Positions 24,523 to 36,716 of a DNA stretch of 64,000 nt are shown in pieces. Numbering within the stretch: the first letter of the stretch is position 1; every line of letters begins with the position of its first letter. A program made the translations under genes and the position numbers. The stretch is from Vitrella brassicaformis CCMP3155 (Eukaryota; Protista; Chromerida). The DNA is taken from NCBI GenBank assembly GCA_001179505.1, contig CDMY01000295.1, positions 62,001-126,000 of the forward strand, read 5' to 3'. The notes under the pieces are model-generated. The model worked only from the letters and a program-made list of their open reading frames with translations, had not been told where the DNA came from and did no database searches.

Positions 24523-27500
24523 TCAAAAGTGAGTGAGTGAGTGAGTGAGTGAGGGATGCTGCGTGGGGATGGCTGTTTTGATAGAAACGGACAGAGAAAC
24601 GTGTCCAGTTTTGCCTGCTGATTCGTGAGAGACACCGCTATCTGAATCGTTGCCCCCCAATGACTCTCTTATTGTTCTCATCGTGCTACTCAAGTTCACC
24701 TCGTCTACGCACACCGCACGGATACACACGGGATGCCTACCTGCTTCGATAACTACACATCCAATGCGATACCCGCCTTGCTGTACCCGCCTTGCTGTCT
24801 ACCGTGATCCATGGACAATGCCCCTCGCCCTCCTCATTCCTCAGTCAGCTGCCTGCCTTCCTGTCTCCTGTGTTGTCTCTCTTCTTCCAGAAAGACAGCA
24901 AGCTGTCAACTATCCCCATGCGCGAGTTACTCGACGGCACTCCAGCTGCTGACGCGACGCCATCCCCATGCTGCGCTGGCGTCATGTCATCGGGCACGGT
25001 GACGGACCTGCCTGGGAGACTCTGCGACTCCTCTTCATCCGTCTCGCTATCCACAACCTCTGACTCCTCATCCTCGTCTTCATCATACTCGTCCTCGTCC
25101 TGCTCATCTTCGCCTCCGTCTGCTGGCTGCATCTCGTTGTACACCGTCTTGCCCTCCTGCACAGCATGTGTCTCCACCCAGTGGAAGTCCTCCCACACTA
25201 TCGTCTCCTTTGACGGATCGCTCGGGTCGAGTATAACCGCACCGGATATCCTGCCTTGTTCGCGGGGTAGGGTTGGTGTGCCTGAGAATGCAGGCATCTG
25301 TCGGAAGACCATGCCGCTGTCCTTGGGGACGTTGTCGGGTGGAGGCTGCTGGTGATGATCAACAATGTGGCTCTTGGGGGTGTGGAAGGGCTGCTCGTCT
25401 GATGTGGACGAGAAGGCTGGCCCGCCAGAAGAGAATGGGTTTGGGTCCGTTGCGAACTTGAGGAGAGATGGGCTGCAGACAAAGAGACACAGATGGATTG
25501 ACATGCATGTGTGTGGGATGGACCTTGCTGGTGTCTCTGTGCATATCCATACCGATCATTCTCTCTGCTTGCAGAGGCAGCGAGCTTCTGGGCCTCTCTC
25601 AGCAAAGCCGGGAATCCGTCATTGCTCACGGGTGGCCTGAGACGAGCTGGCTCGTCATTTGACCGGCTCCGTCTCAGCAGCGACAACGTCTCCTTGTGTA
25701 ACCGGGGCACATTCGTCTCGTCAGCTGCCGGCTTGCCCTCCCTCTGCGTCGACAATTTGGCCCTCGACGGCCTCGACTTCCCGCGGCCTTCCTTGGTCGT
25801 CGCACCGCCCACATGCGACTTGCGATGCCTCCCAGCTGCTGCAGCGCTGGAGCTATCGAAGATCGCCGGTGTGGAAACCGTGTCGAGATGAATGGTCTTC
25901 GACTGGGCGATGATTCGCCCGCTGCCCGCGACGCTGACGGTCGGGTATCGGCTCTTCTTGCCGCTTTTGGGAGCAGGGATGTCGGCCATGAAGTGGCGGC
26001 CGCGCTTGATGTTGCGGGTCAGCTGGATGGCGTGCAGCAGCGGCACCTCGAGGGACTCATCTTCCGGCCGTCCATCCACGTCGTTGGTCTGGTCGGTGAG
26101 GGTCGAGCGGATGTCCGTGTCGGAGGGGAGGGCGTAGGTGAAGTGGCGAACGAAGTTGAAGCAGCCGTCGCACACAGGATACCAGATGGAGACATTGGGG
26201 GAACCTGCAAAGGCGGCAAAGGGACTACAATGTGTCTCTGTAGACAGCATGGAGGGAGGTGGTTGACAATGCGTACTGGATGAGGTGGCTTGGCTGATGG
26301 CCGGTGGGGGTGCGGGTGAGTTGCCGCGGTGCAAAGGCGCCCGTTTGCCACAGCACGAAACGCACAGGATCAGCCCACACCTCCCACAACACCTGATAAA
26401 CACACACACATGCACATCTGCACTGTAGGAGTGGTGTCTCCGACGCCCCAATCTCGCACACACCTCCTCCTTGGGTTTGGTTGTGTGAAGGGAAATGCGC
26501 AGATCTGGCATCTCTTCTGCCGCAGCACTCGAGCTGGATCGGGGAGGGGCGAGGCTGCCAGAGGCGTGACGGCCCACCACTGCAGCTGCTGTCTCTCAGG
26601 GTCGTGCGGGTCATATGACAAACACCTGTCCACGCAAACGGAAGGACGCACTCGTGAGTCGATGGGTGATTGCCAGAGACGTGGGCATGCTGCTCACCGG
26701 TACGTGTCGAGATACCGTTCGACGATCTCCAGCTGCAGGTGGTAGATGCCCCGCGACGCCAGGGAGCCACGAATCCCCCTACTCTTCCAACCTCTGCCGC
26801 CATACTGGGCCAACAGTCGGGCCACATCAATACTCTAAATTGAGAGACACACCGCATCATATCCAGACGTCACAAATAATGTGCCTGTACATTTGCTCAC
26901 CTTGACCATCGCTGCTGGTGGCCTGGCGTAGCCGTCAACCTGCGCACATGCGGACCAACCAGCCAGTCAGTAAGCCACATTGCATTGTCACAAAGGCGTT
27001 CGTACCGAACGTGGGAAAGAGAGTGAGGGCTCTCCCGCTTTTACCTTGTTGGGCTGCGCGCCAAACCTCAGCATGAGTTCGACCATCTCCTTGTCATCTG
27101 ACTCCACTGCAAAGTGAACCACCGTGCGATATGTACCGTCGCGAGCAGGCACATTCGGGTCCTTCTCCATACCAGACAACACACACAGACACGCAGACAG
27201 GGATGGAGATTGCCGTCATACAGTATTCAGCGCAGCGCCGGCCACTCACCGCTCCGCATCTGAGCAGCCGCTCTGCTGCCGTGATGTCCCCTGCCTTGAC
27301 ACATGCTTGCAGTGCCGTCAGGGATTGGTAGGGCACCACCCGGGAGACCTTGCGAGAACACGGGAACATGACGCCGCCCTCCACCCGCCCTGTCCCGCTG
27401 CCGTAGGACGACCCACTGGCGAAGAGAGGCTCAACTGGCCGCGTGTTGGTCGTGTTGAAGTTGATGCGGAGAAGCTGATGAAACAGAGACACAGACAGAT

Positions 27501-28844
27501 GCAAACACAGAAAGATCCATGCATACTTTGACACCTTTTCTTACCTTGAGTTGTTTGAGTGTGGACATGGCGACTTTCTCGTCCTCTTGAAGGGCTGCCA
27601 GGTGGAGGACAGAGCGGCCGGTGGCGTCTCGCAACAAAGGGCTGGCCCCCCTTCTGAGCAGGAGGCGACACAGGTCGGGACGCCCAAGCCTCGCTGCGGT
27701 GAGGATGGGTGTCTCATAGAGGAAATTCACCGTATCGAGCTGTAAGGAAATCACGCACAAACAAGAGTGCCTGCCTGCTGTTTGGCAGACGACGGGCAAG
27801 TATGCACAAATGTACCTGCAGGTTAGGAACCTTCACGAGAAGTTGCAGCGTCCTGAGGCTGCCACTGAGTGCACTCATGTGTAGAGGTGTATTGCCCCAC
27901 TCGTCGCACTCCTCAACGTCATGATGCGTCATGATGAGCTCCTTCAACACTGCCACATCGTCAATCATGCACCTGGAAGAATTAAAGGGAGATGACTCAC
28001 AGTCCATCCTTGTCCCCGGCACCCCACAGCCAAAACTTACGCATAATGTACAGTGCCCTTCACCTGCATTCACGAAGACGCACGCTCCAGATGTGCCTTT
28101 CAGATATGTCTCTTTGTGGTGTGGTGTACGCACTTGTTGGTGTGCGATGAGCGGCGTCAGCTCCGATGGGCTCATAATGGGCCGCCCGGTCAGCCACTCG
28201 CATATCGCCCTTCTCAGGAACATGACCCACGCTGATCTGTCGGGATGGCTGGCAAAGCACACCACAGCGCTGCCCTGCCGACTCGACAGCTCCAGACCGG
28301 AAAACGTCCCAGCCACCTGATTCATACACGGACACATCCATCCATCCGTTTATCCAATATTGTCTGTGCATCCCGTGCTCACGGCTTCATGAAGGCAGAT
28401 GAAGGTGCTTTCGTTGAATGGGAAGGCCTGCTCCAGCTTGTACAGGCCAAATTCGTTCAGCGCATTCGTCAACAGAAGACAGTCACTGCACACAAACAGC
28501 CCGCCGCGATGGAACTCACGCCGAAACATGCCTTTCGACGGCCGCAGGACAGTGCCATGCAGAAGACACTCCCTGCCGTCCACCGGGGTAAGGATGGCCT
28601 CACTGCTGGCCTCTTGAATGCGCCCCAGCACACCCGCTGAGGCCCCCGCCCCTCTTTTTTGCGATAGCTCGTCAAAGTATTGCTGCGCGAGAGCAGGGGA
28701 GGAGAACTGAGCCGTCTTTGTCCAGGAGAATCGTGCTGAGTCGAGGAGGGCCTTGAGGGAGGACTGACGACGGCGGGAGCTGCTCATGATGGAGAGGACA
28801 GGCAAGACGGGGGCGGTGGGGGGAGAGACGGAGTTTGCATGCAT
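24523..28844 (-). CDS. PH-like + ankyrin-repeat + FYVE-like zinc-finger protein with acidic low-complexity tail
   Basis: PH-like exons (ECLLHGTVLR...LFVCSDCLLLT; VVCFASHPDRSAWVMFLRRAI). Ankyrin motifs (DEWGNTPLHMSALSG; YETPILTAARLG; DATGRSVLHLAA; RTVVHFAVESDD). The splice 26464 to 26392 builds CQICAFPF...RRRCCGRCGLILCVSCC...VCDGCF. The 3' end is uncertain. Confidence 0.75.
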
Positions 28845-29249
28845 GCGACCAGGATGTCTTCCCGGCCAAGAACGGCGGATTCATCTCTCCCGATGGTGCG
28901 GTAAGAGAGAGGTCCGGCTGGCTTCGATCACCAGTGTGTGCCCGTCTGCATGATGTAGACATCATGTCATGATCATGATGTCAGCTGACATTTGTATGTA
29001 TCGACACAGACATGAATATGTAGCGTCTTCACAGAAAACAGGGCCCAGCACACACGCACAGTCACCCACCCACGAGAGAGAATAACTGACCGATCGCGTC
29101 CGATCCGTCCACTCGCTTGTCCACACATCACTCGTCCCCATGACATGATGAGAACACCCCAGCAGTACGCCATGACTGCCTCCCGCCCCTCAAAAACAGG
29201 CTACCAGCCGGCACCAATGCAACAGACAAACTATGACACAGCCGACCAT

Positions 29250-29800
29250 CCACCCGCACTGAGGGCTCGTTGCGCCGGCCAGCTCGTCGGCGAAGCGCTC
29301 TTTGGCCTGTGCGTCCGCCCGCCTCTTCCCCTCGGGAATCGCGTGCTGAATGGCGGTGACGAGCACGTTGGTGCCCTGGATGGACGTCTCGTACGCCTCA
29401 GCGACCCGCTCGGTCGGATCGCGCACCCCTGTGCCGCCATACCGCGCCGGCAGCAGCATGATCGTGGCCTCGGTCTCGTCGATGGACTTGCCGCAGAGGC
29501 CGGGCAGGTACGTCGTGGTGAGTAGGTGGCGAAGGGGCTGGAAGGTCTCCTTCTCCTCGCGGATTACGCGCATGACGAAGCCCCACTCGGCCTGGGCGAC
29601 TTTGTCATGACGGCGTGGGCCTGCTGCGGGCGCTTGGTCGCGGCACGTGCGACTTCCGTCATGCACTCCTCCCACCGCTCCACCTTGTGCCGATGTAGCC
29701 GCCCAGCTACCGGCTGCCTGTCGAACACCTCCACCCCCTCAAACACCTCCCGCGCCCTCTCCTCCAGCCACTCCCGCACCACCAAGATGCCCCACAAGCG
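29250..29800 (-). mobile_element. Degenerate fragment of a CRE/SLACS-like non-LTR retrotransposon (region C-terminal to the RT core)
   Basis: Frame-shifted pieces reconstruct GSR*LGGYIG (TAG at 29707-29709 replacing Tyr)...KVERWEECMTEVARAATKRPQQAHAVMTK/ (frameshift) AQAEWGFVMR...YLPGLCG...MLLPARYGGTGVRDP...AYETS, matching the known pattern RYLG.IG...PQAAYA...LP.R.GGLG..P. Confidence 0.7.
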
Positions 29801-29914
29801 GCGGCAGACGATCACCACCGCCCTAGGCATATCCAACACAACAGACTACCAGTCATCGTCGCTGCTGGGGCTGGGACGCCGCTGCCACTTCCCCCCCTCC
29901 TCACTGTCCTCCTC

Positions 29915-32900
29915 CTAAGCAATACACGCCTCCTCGTCCGCCTCGGTCACAGCACCCCCACACACCACCCCCACCACCACCGTCACGTCGTCCTTCTTGC
30001 CCCTCCCACCCAGACTCCGGCTGTAGGCGGCGCTCCCGATGGTCTGCGCGATGGCGTTGGCGTCGTTCCTGTCGTGCTCTTTGATGATGTCCAGCACGTC
30101 GTCCATTGTGATGTTATCGAAGACGCCGTCCGTCGCCGCTATCACAATATCCCCCTCCTGCACAGCAGCTGTGCAGCACTGCACCCCCAGTGGGCTCCGC
30201 TCCTCCGTCGCCTTGTCAATGAAGAAGCCTGGCGCACAAGGAGGGCGGGCCACCAGGTCCTCTGGGGTGGGGTCGACGATGATATTGGTCTCGTCGGCAC
30301 CCACAGAGGCAGGCAGTCTGCTGAGCTGGTAGGGGCAGTTGGTGCGGTTGGGCCGCTGCATTGGCGTCAGCTCGGCGATGACGACTGTGCTGCGCTCGGT
30401 CGAGCGGATGACAAAGGCGACGGAGTCGCCGAATGTGGCCAGCTCGATGCGCAGCTCATGCCCCCGCTGCATCAGCGCCGCCACTGTGGCCGTCGTCGAG
30501 CCCAGCGGACCCCGGCGCTCAGCACCATACCAGGCCTTGGTGAGCGTCGCCATCGCCCGGTTGTCGGCCTGGCGGGTGCTGATGCGGTGGTCGATGCCCG
30601 ACAACCACCAGCAGCGGGCCATGAGGTCCTGTGCCAGGTCTCTGGCGGAGAACTTGAAGGACTTCATGACGCCGCTGACGCCGTCTGCCACCCCGAAGGC
30701 GCCGTGTCTCGGTGCCATGAAGAGGGCATCCTCGTTGCCCTCGCCTCCTTGCCGGCGCTTTGCTCGCGAGTATGCTGCGAGACGCAGCTTGAGCGAAGCT
30801 GGGGAGGGTGGGGGTGGCGATAGCGGCGGCTGGATGAATGACCCGCGGTAGAAGGGCGCGGCGTTGGGGTTCAGCTGCCTGCTGGAGGGTGAGGGCGTGC
30901 AGCCGCAAGTGGATGGCTCGGGGGGACAGGCGGGACAGGGCGGTGTGTGGACTGCCTCCCGCACAAGACAGTCGAGCAGCTCTGTCCCGGTGCTGTCCAG
31001 CAGCTCGTAAAGAAAGATAATCGCTGTCAGCGCGTCCGTCTGCAGCTGCTGGTGGTGCTGGTGTTGCGGGCCGGGTGTGGGTGTGGTTGATGTGTGGGTG
31101 TGGGGTCGGTGGGGCTGTTGGTCGAGAGAGAGGAACGGTGCTGGTTGGTCGGGGGCGCCTTGTGTGTGTGTTGGCGTGGGGACGGTGACGTCGTCGGCCT
31201 GTGACGATGAGGGCTTCTGGGTATGCGGCTGCGGCAGGACAGTGGTCGACGAGCTGGAGGTGGCCTCCGGCAACGCTGCGACAAGAAGGAAGGCAAACAA
31301 ACACCGAACATAGTCCTCATGTGGCTGCATGCCTGTCCTGTGCAATCCATTACCTGGTGCCTGTCCGTCTCCATCACACTTCTCCCCATCGGCCGCCATG
31401 GTCCTGACGGTCTNNNNNNNNNNNNNNNNNNNNNNNNNNNNNNNNNNNNNNNNNNNNNNNNNNNNNNNNNNNNNNNNNNNNNNNNNNNNNNNNNNNNNNN
31501 NNNNNNNNNNNNNNNNNNNNNNNNNNNNNNNNNNNNNNNNNNNNNNNNNNNNNNNNNNNNNNNNNNNNNNNNNNNNNNNNNNNNNNNNNNNNNNNNNNNN
31601 NNNNNNNNNNNNNNNNNNNNNNNNNNNNNNNNNNNNNNNNNNNNNNNNNNNNNNNNNNNNNNNNNNNNNNNNNNNNNNNNNNNNNNNNNNNNNNNNNNNN
31701 NNNNNNNNNNNNNCGCCTCATCCACCTCGCTATCGAAACACGAAGATCCATCCGTCGACCGCGAGTGACTCGACGGCATGGGGTGGCTGGATGGGGGTGC
31801 GGCGTCTGCTCCTGAGGTGGTGGTCATGTGTGGCGATGGAAGTGACGGGGCTGTGAGGGTGGCCGACGCTGTCGTCTGTGTCGGTGTGTGGCTGCGTGTG
31901 GAGGGCTCTGCAGGGGCAAGAGCCTCTTCGCTGACACCACATGGGTCGGCGTATTTCTTGAGCGCCACGCGGCCGTTCCTGTCCAGCACGAAGGTGTCGG
32001 CGGCCCGCGACAGGAACACGTCAAGCCTGCCACACATGCACAGATATCAATATGGGTGTTCTCTCTATCTCTGTCTGTGTGTGTGTGTGGACGTGGTTGT
32101 GTGGGTTGGTAACTGACCTTCCTCCGATGAGCGTCGATACGGCAATCTTGTGCTCCTCAATGAATCCGCCGCACAGCGCCGTGTGGTCCATCCGATAGAC
32201 ACAGTGGTCCTTAGCCATCTCGGTCAGGTACCGCTGCAGATCCTTGCGCACAATCCGCTCCTCCTCGGGTGTCAGCTGGCACGACACACCACCATCCTCA
32301 CCACCGCCACCATTGACATCCGACTCTGACTCACTCGCCAACCACACCTGCACACACACATACAAGAAGGATGTCACACCACAACCACAACCACGCACAT
32401 GCACTGCAGCATACCGTGTTGTTGACGAGCCTCAGCTCGTCCCGCGATCTGATGAACTCCCCAAACCCCCCATACTCGCTCCCCACCAGCCGCAGCGCGT
32501 CCTCGATGGTCGAGCCATACCGATAGCAAAACAGCAACGACAGCCCGTCCATCTGCGGGCCGTCGCCGACACGCCAAGTCGCCCGCTGGTGGTGCTGCAA
32601 AAGGTCGCGAAGCATGTGCGCCACGGTCCTGTCGGTGGCCGTGTCGTCCATCTCCATGTGCGTGCCATCGGTGAGCTTGGCTGTGCCAGGGAGGGTGGTC
32701 GACTCGAAATCAGTCAAACAACTGCATCCACACACACACACACACACAGTGATACCAAGACGCGTCCCTCGCCTACTCGCTGACCGTTTGGCGGTGGTGG
32801 CTGTAGCTATGCGGCATGACTTGCCGCCGGCCGTGGCGCTCACCACCTCCCATTGATCCAGCTCGTGAACTTGACTTACGCAGATCTCCAGCGACGACAC

Positions 32901-34670
32901 CAAGTACTGTAGGGACCCACATACACATACACATACACCCACATCCACACGCACCCCAAGGGCGCTGTGTGTCTGGTCATGTGCAGACTCACTCTGTACG
33001 GTGTAAAGGCCGTATGGAGGTACTCCCTCACTCGTGATGGCGACTCGCCCAGGCACTGCATGAGCTCGCCGTGGGTCTCAAACACGGGGGCGGCGTTGAC
33101 CGACACCGACAACATGCCCTTGTACTGACAACAGGCACACACAACATGGCGGCGTGGCTGCTTTGTGTGTATGTGTGTGTGCGTGTTGGTGGGGGGTGGA
33201 TGAATTGTCTACGGTGAAGGTGACGGCGTTTGGGAGTATATAGAGCTCAGTGACGTGTTCGGGTGGCAGCAGCATCGTCACCATGCCACCCAACACGCGA
33301 CACAACGGGGGGTACCTGTGCACACACACACAGCGGGTGAGGGGCAAGATGGCGGTGTTTTGTGATGGTATGCCGGGCCGACCGACCATGTGTCGAAGCT
33401 CTTGGTGGGCAGCCCCTCGGTGTTCGCGATAGGGTCATACTCAACTATCTCCCAACCTACCGCAGTGCCCTGCACCCATGCAGCCAGACAGACAGACAGG
33501 CAAATGGTATGTTGCTCGTTCCTGTGTGCGTGTGGTCCCCCCCTCCCTCCCTGAGTGACATGGCTGACATACGTTGTTAGCCGCCCCGCTTTTGCTGATG
33601 CTCTCCAAATTCAACCACGAATCGGACTCAAATCCCTGCACCCCCAAAAGCCGCGGACAGGAATACCATGCCGTCTGGCTGGCTTCCCACACGCGTACCT
33701 CCACGAGGGCCTTGACGTTCTGCGCCACCCTCAAGTTGAACGACTGCGATGATATCTTCAGGTGCAGCTCGCTGTACACCCCCTCAGCCACCTTGGCCTC
33801 ACCCACGCGCCGCACACAGGACGCACCAGCCACTGGCACAGCAACCGGCTGCTGCTGTGGCTGCTGCACTGGCCGCCACCACGTGACCGTGACGTCATGT
33901 GGATACTGCTGGTGCTGGTGCTGGTGCTGGTGTGTGGATGTGGGTGTGGTTGATGTGTGGGTGTGGGGTGGGTCGGGCTGTTGGTCGAGAGAGGGGAACG
34001 GTGCTGGTTGGTCGGGGGCGCCTTGTGTGTGTGTTGGCGTGGGGACGGTGACGTCGTCGGCCTGTGACGATGAGGGCTTCTGGGTATGCGGCTGCGGCAG
34101 GACAGTGGTCGACGAGCTGGAGGTGGCCTCCGGCAACGCTGCGACAAGAAGGAAGGCAAACAAACACCGAACATAGTCCTCCTGTGGCTGCATGCCTGTC
34201 CTGTGCAATCCATTACCTGGTGCCTGTCCGTCTCCATCACACTTCTCCCCATCGGCCGCCATGGTCCTGACGGTCTCCTCCGCCCCGCCCGGCTGACCCG
34301 CACTCTGACGCATCAACGCCTCATCCACCTCGCTATCGAAACACGAAGATCCATCCGTCGACCGCGAGTGACTCGACGGCATGGGGTGGCTGGATGGGGG
34401 TGCGGCGTCTGCTCCTGAGGTGGTGGTCATGTGTGGCGATGGAAGTGACGGGGCTGTGAGGGTGGCCGACGCTGTCGTCTGTGTCTGTGGGTGGGTGCGT
34501 GTGGAGGGCTCTGCGGGGGCAGAGGATTCGTCGCTGACATCACATAGGTCGGCGTATTCCTTGAGCGCCACGCGGCCGTTCCTGTCCAGCACGAAGGTGT
34601 CGGCGGCCCGCGACAAGAACACGTCAAGCCTGCCACACATCCACAGATATCAATATGGGTGTTCCTTCCT

Positions 34671-34709
<39 letters not shown>

Positions 34710-35092
34710 CTGTGTGTGTCTGTGGAGGTGGCTGTGTGGGTTGGTAACTGACCTTCCTCCGATGAGCGTCGACACGGCAACGTGGTGCTCCTCGATGAAT
34801 CCGCCGCACAGCACCGTGAGGTCCATCCGATAGACACACTTGTCCTCAGCCATCTCGGTCAGGTACCGCTCCAGCTCCTTGCGCACCCTCCGCTCCTCCA
34901 CACACTGGCGGGAGAAGCGCCGCCACGTCATAATTGCCTCAGCAATACGACGCGAGCGGCACCTCTCCATCTGACAGATGGGACACGGCGCGACGTCAAC
35001 AAGTGAGTGGAGAGAAGAGCATGGATATTGACCAACCAGGGCTACTTGTCGCCTGCGCCAAGCCACTCGCCGCTGAAAGGCCTCCACCCACC
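29915..35092 (-). CDS. Multi-exon protein: 3 LOTUS/OST-HTH-like domains + PAM2 motif + PTC7-type PP2C phosphatase (5' start uncertain)
   Basis: In-frame GT-AG joins were traced throughout (e.g. 34753 to 34629 LIGGR|LDVF; LVNNT|VWLA; 32118 to 32026). PP2C motifs are intact: GNEDA, GVADGVSG, GSTT, FGDS, ATDGVFDN, GKKDDVTVV. PAM2-like RQLNPNAAPFY lies at about 30850-30885. The gene crosses the gap at 31414-31713. Confidence 0.75.
31078..32250. repeat. Direct duplication of about 33940-34886 inside the phosphatase gene
   Basis: Near-identical exon and intron sequence, with offset 2863 before the N gap and 2603 after it. Confidence 0.9.
31414..31713. other. Assembly gap (300 N)
   Basis: Run of n. 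Confidence 1.
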
Positions 35093-35329
35093 CTACAACA
35101 GCACACATGAGGAATCCATTCATTAGAAGCACACACGACCCATTCATCTGGGAAAATATCATGCCCTTTAACTCACACATGAGGCCTTCACCCATATGCA
35201 TGCTACAAAAGCCTGCAGACAGACAGACAAAAGGAAGCGGAGTGACTGATCATCATCAATCAATCAATCATGAATCATCACGAAGCACCGCATATACGTG
35301 TGAGTGACAGGTCATTGCAAAACTATGTA

Positions 35330-35497
35330 TGAATGAATGAATGAATGAATGAAGGGTGAATGAGGGAATGGTTGAATGGCCGATGTCGACTGGCTATGTG
35401 AAATGAGTGAAATGATGAGTGAAATGATGAGTGAGATGAGTGGGATGAGTGGGATGAGTGGGATGAGTGGGATGAGTGAGATGAGTGAAATGAGTGT
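35330..35497. repeat. (GAAT)n followed by a 9-bp tandem repeat (GATGAGTGR / AATGAGTGA)n
   Basis: gatgagtgg repeated directly at about 35440-35480, flanked by variant units. Confidence 0.9.
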
Positions 35498-35774
35498 CAC
35501 TGTGGTGTGTATAAGTATTGTATAAGTATTGTGTATGTCGCTCATCGCAAAATGGCTGGCGACCGTTGAGTGTGTCGTTGGGAGGTGTCTCGGTGTGTGT
35601 GTGTGTGTGCTGATGGTGCGTGTATGGCTGACTGCTACACATTCACATGTGTATACCGGTACATATACATGTATGGGTCGAGATGCATCGACCATGTGGT
35701 GCATTCTGATGCATTTCCCTCACTTTTCTGTCTATCTGGCTTCGTATGCATCATGTACACACCTATGTACTTGA

Positions 35775-36130
35775 GAATGTGCATACGAACGTACCTCGTA
35801 TGATGTGTTGCGGCCGTGCCCTTCTGTGTGCGGCCTCTGCGGCTTCTTTCAGCATTTTTCGAGTTCGCGAGAATGGCAAACTGTCGGCTGTGGCCATGTT
35901 GACGGTGAATTCCTCGAGAAGCCTTGAGAAGAACGCCTCCTCCCGAGAAACTGCGTGAAAGCTCGCAAAACGACACAAACAGCAAACGACGGCTCAGCAG
36001 TCTTGATGGCTCTCGCTTTGCTCCCCTCGGCCGGTGTTCTTCGCCATCTGGCAGTGCACGAGCCCATTCGATGTGTCCACCGACACTGCAAAGTGGGCCC
36101 TGGCACATCCCGGCCGAAGTCTTCATCTTC
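35775..36130 (-). CDS. Probable coding exon(s) of unknown product; may be upstream exons of the LOTUS-PP2C gene
   Basis: SREEAFFSRLLEEFTVNMATADSLPFSRTRKMLKEAAEAAHRRARPQHIIR ends at a GTACGT donor-like site and has protein-like composition. Confidence 0.35.
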
Positions 36131-36716
36131 GCTTCATTCGCTGTCCTGCTCCTTCATCGGCAGCCGACGGCGCACACGACCATCACTGCAGTCCACTCGG
36201 CCAGTCAAGTGACGAGAGAAGGCGAGTCGGCGCGACGAGAGCGTTTCTGAAACACGCGCACACTTTCGGTCAGTCAAGATGCCATCTTCATCATCTGTGA
36301 CTCTGTGCTTCTCTGCGCCTCTCTGCTTCCCTGTCCATGATGGTTTTCGCTCATCAGGTGCGCCACATTTGACTCGCCCGAGCGAACGGCGCAGCTGCAG
36401 GACGACTTCGGAGCAGCAAGGTTCGGAGCAGCAAGGTGAGGTTCATCCCACTCAAGGGGAGTGGAAGGAGGAGGGAGGAGGGCGCGCCAAGCTAGCAGAT
36501 CTCCTCCTTGATCTCGCAGCCGCTCCTCGAAGCGTGACCTGAGCCATTCTGCTCACCAAGTACGCGTGTAAGATGCATCCCCGGCTGTACTTGCATCGCT
36601 TTTGCATCTGCTGATGTTGCGTGTGTGTGTGCAGGCCAAGTTCGGGACACCCCCGTGCTCTTCTGCCTTGTCGGCATTGGCTGATGCTGAACACGGTGGA
36701 GTGAGGTCCATTCACG

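Noticed and set aside
35312-35704. ORF with (LIP/LIS)n repeats as a membrane protein
   Set aside because: It is the translation of the 9-bp minisatellite, with no supporting splice or codon context.
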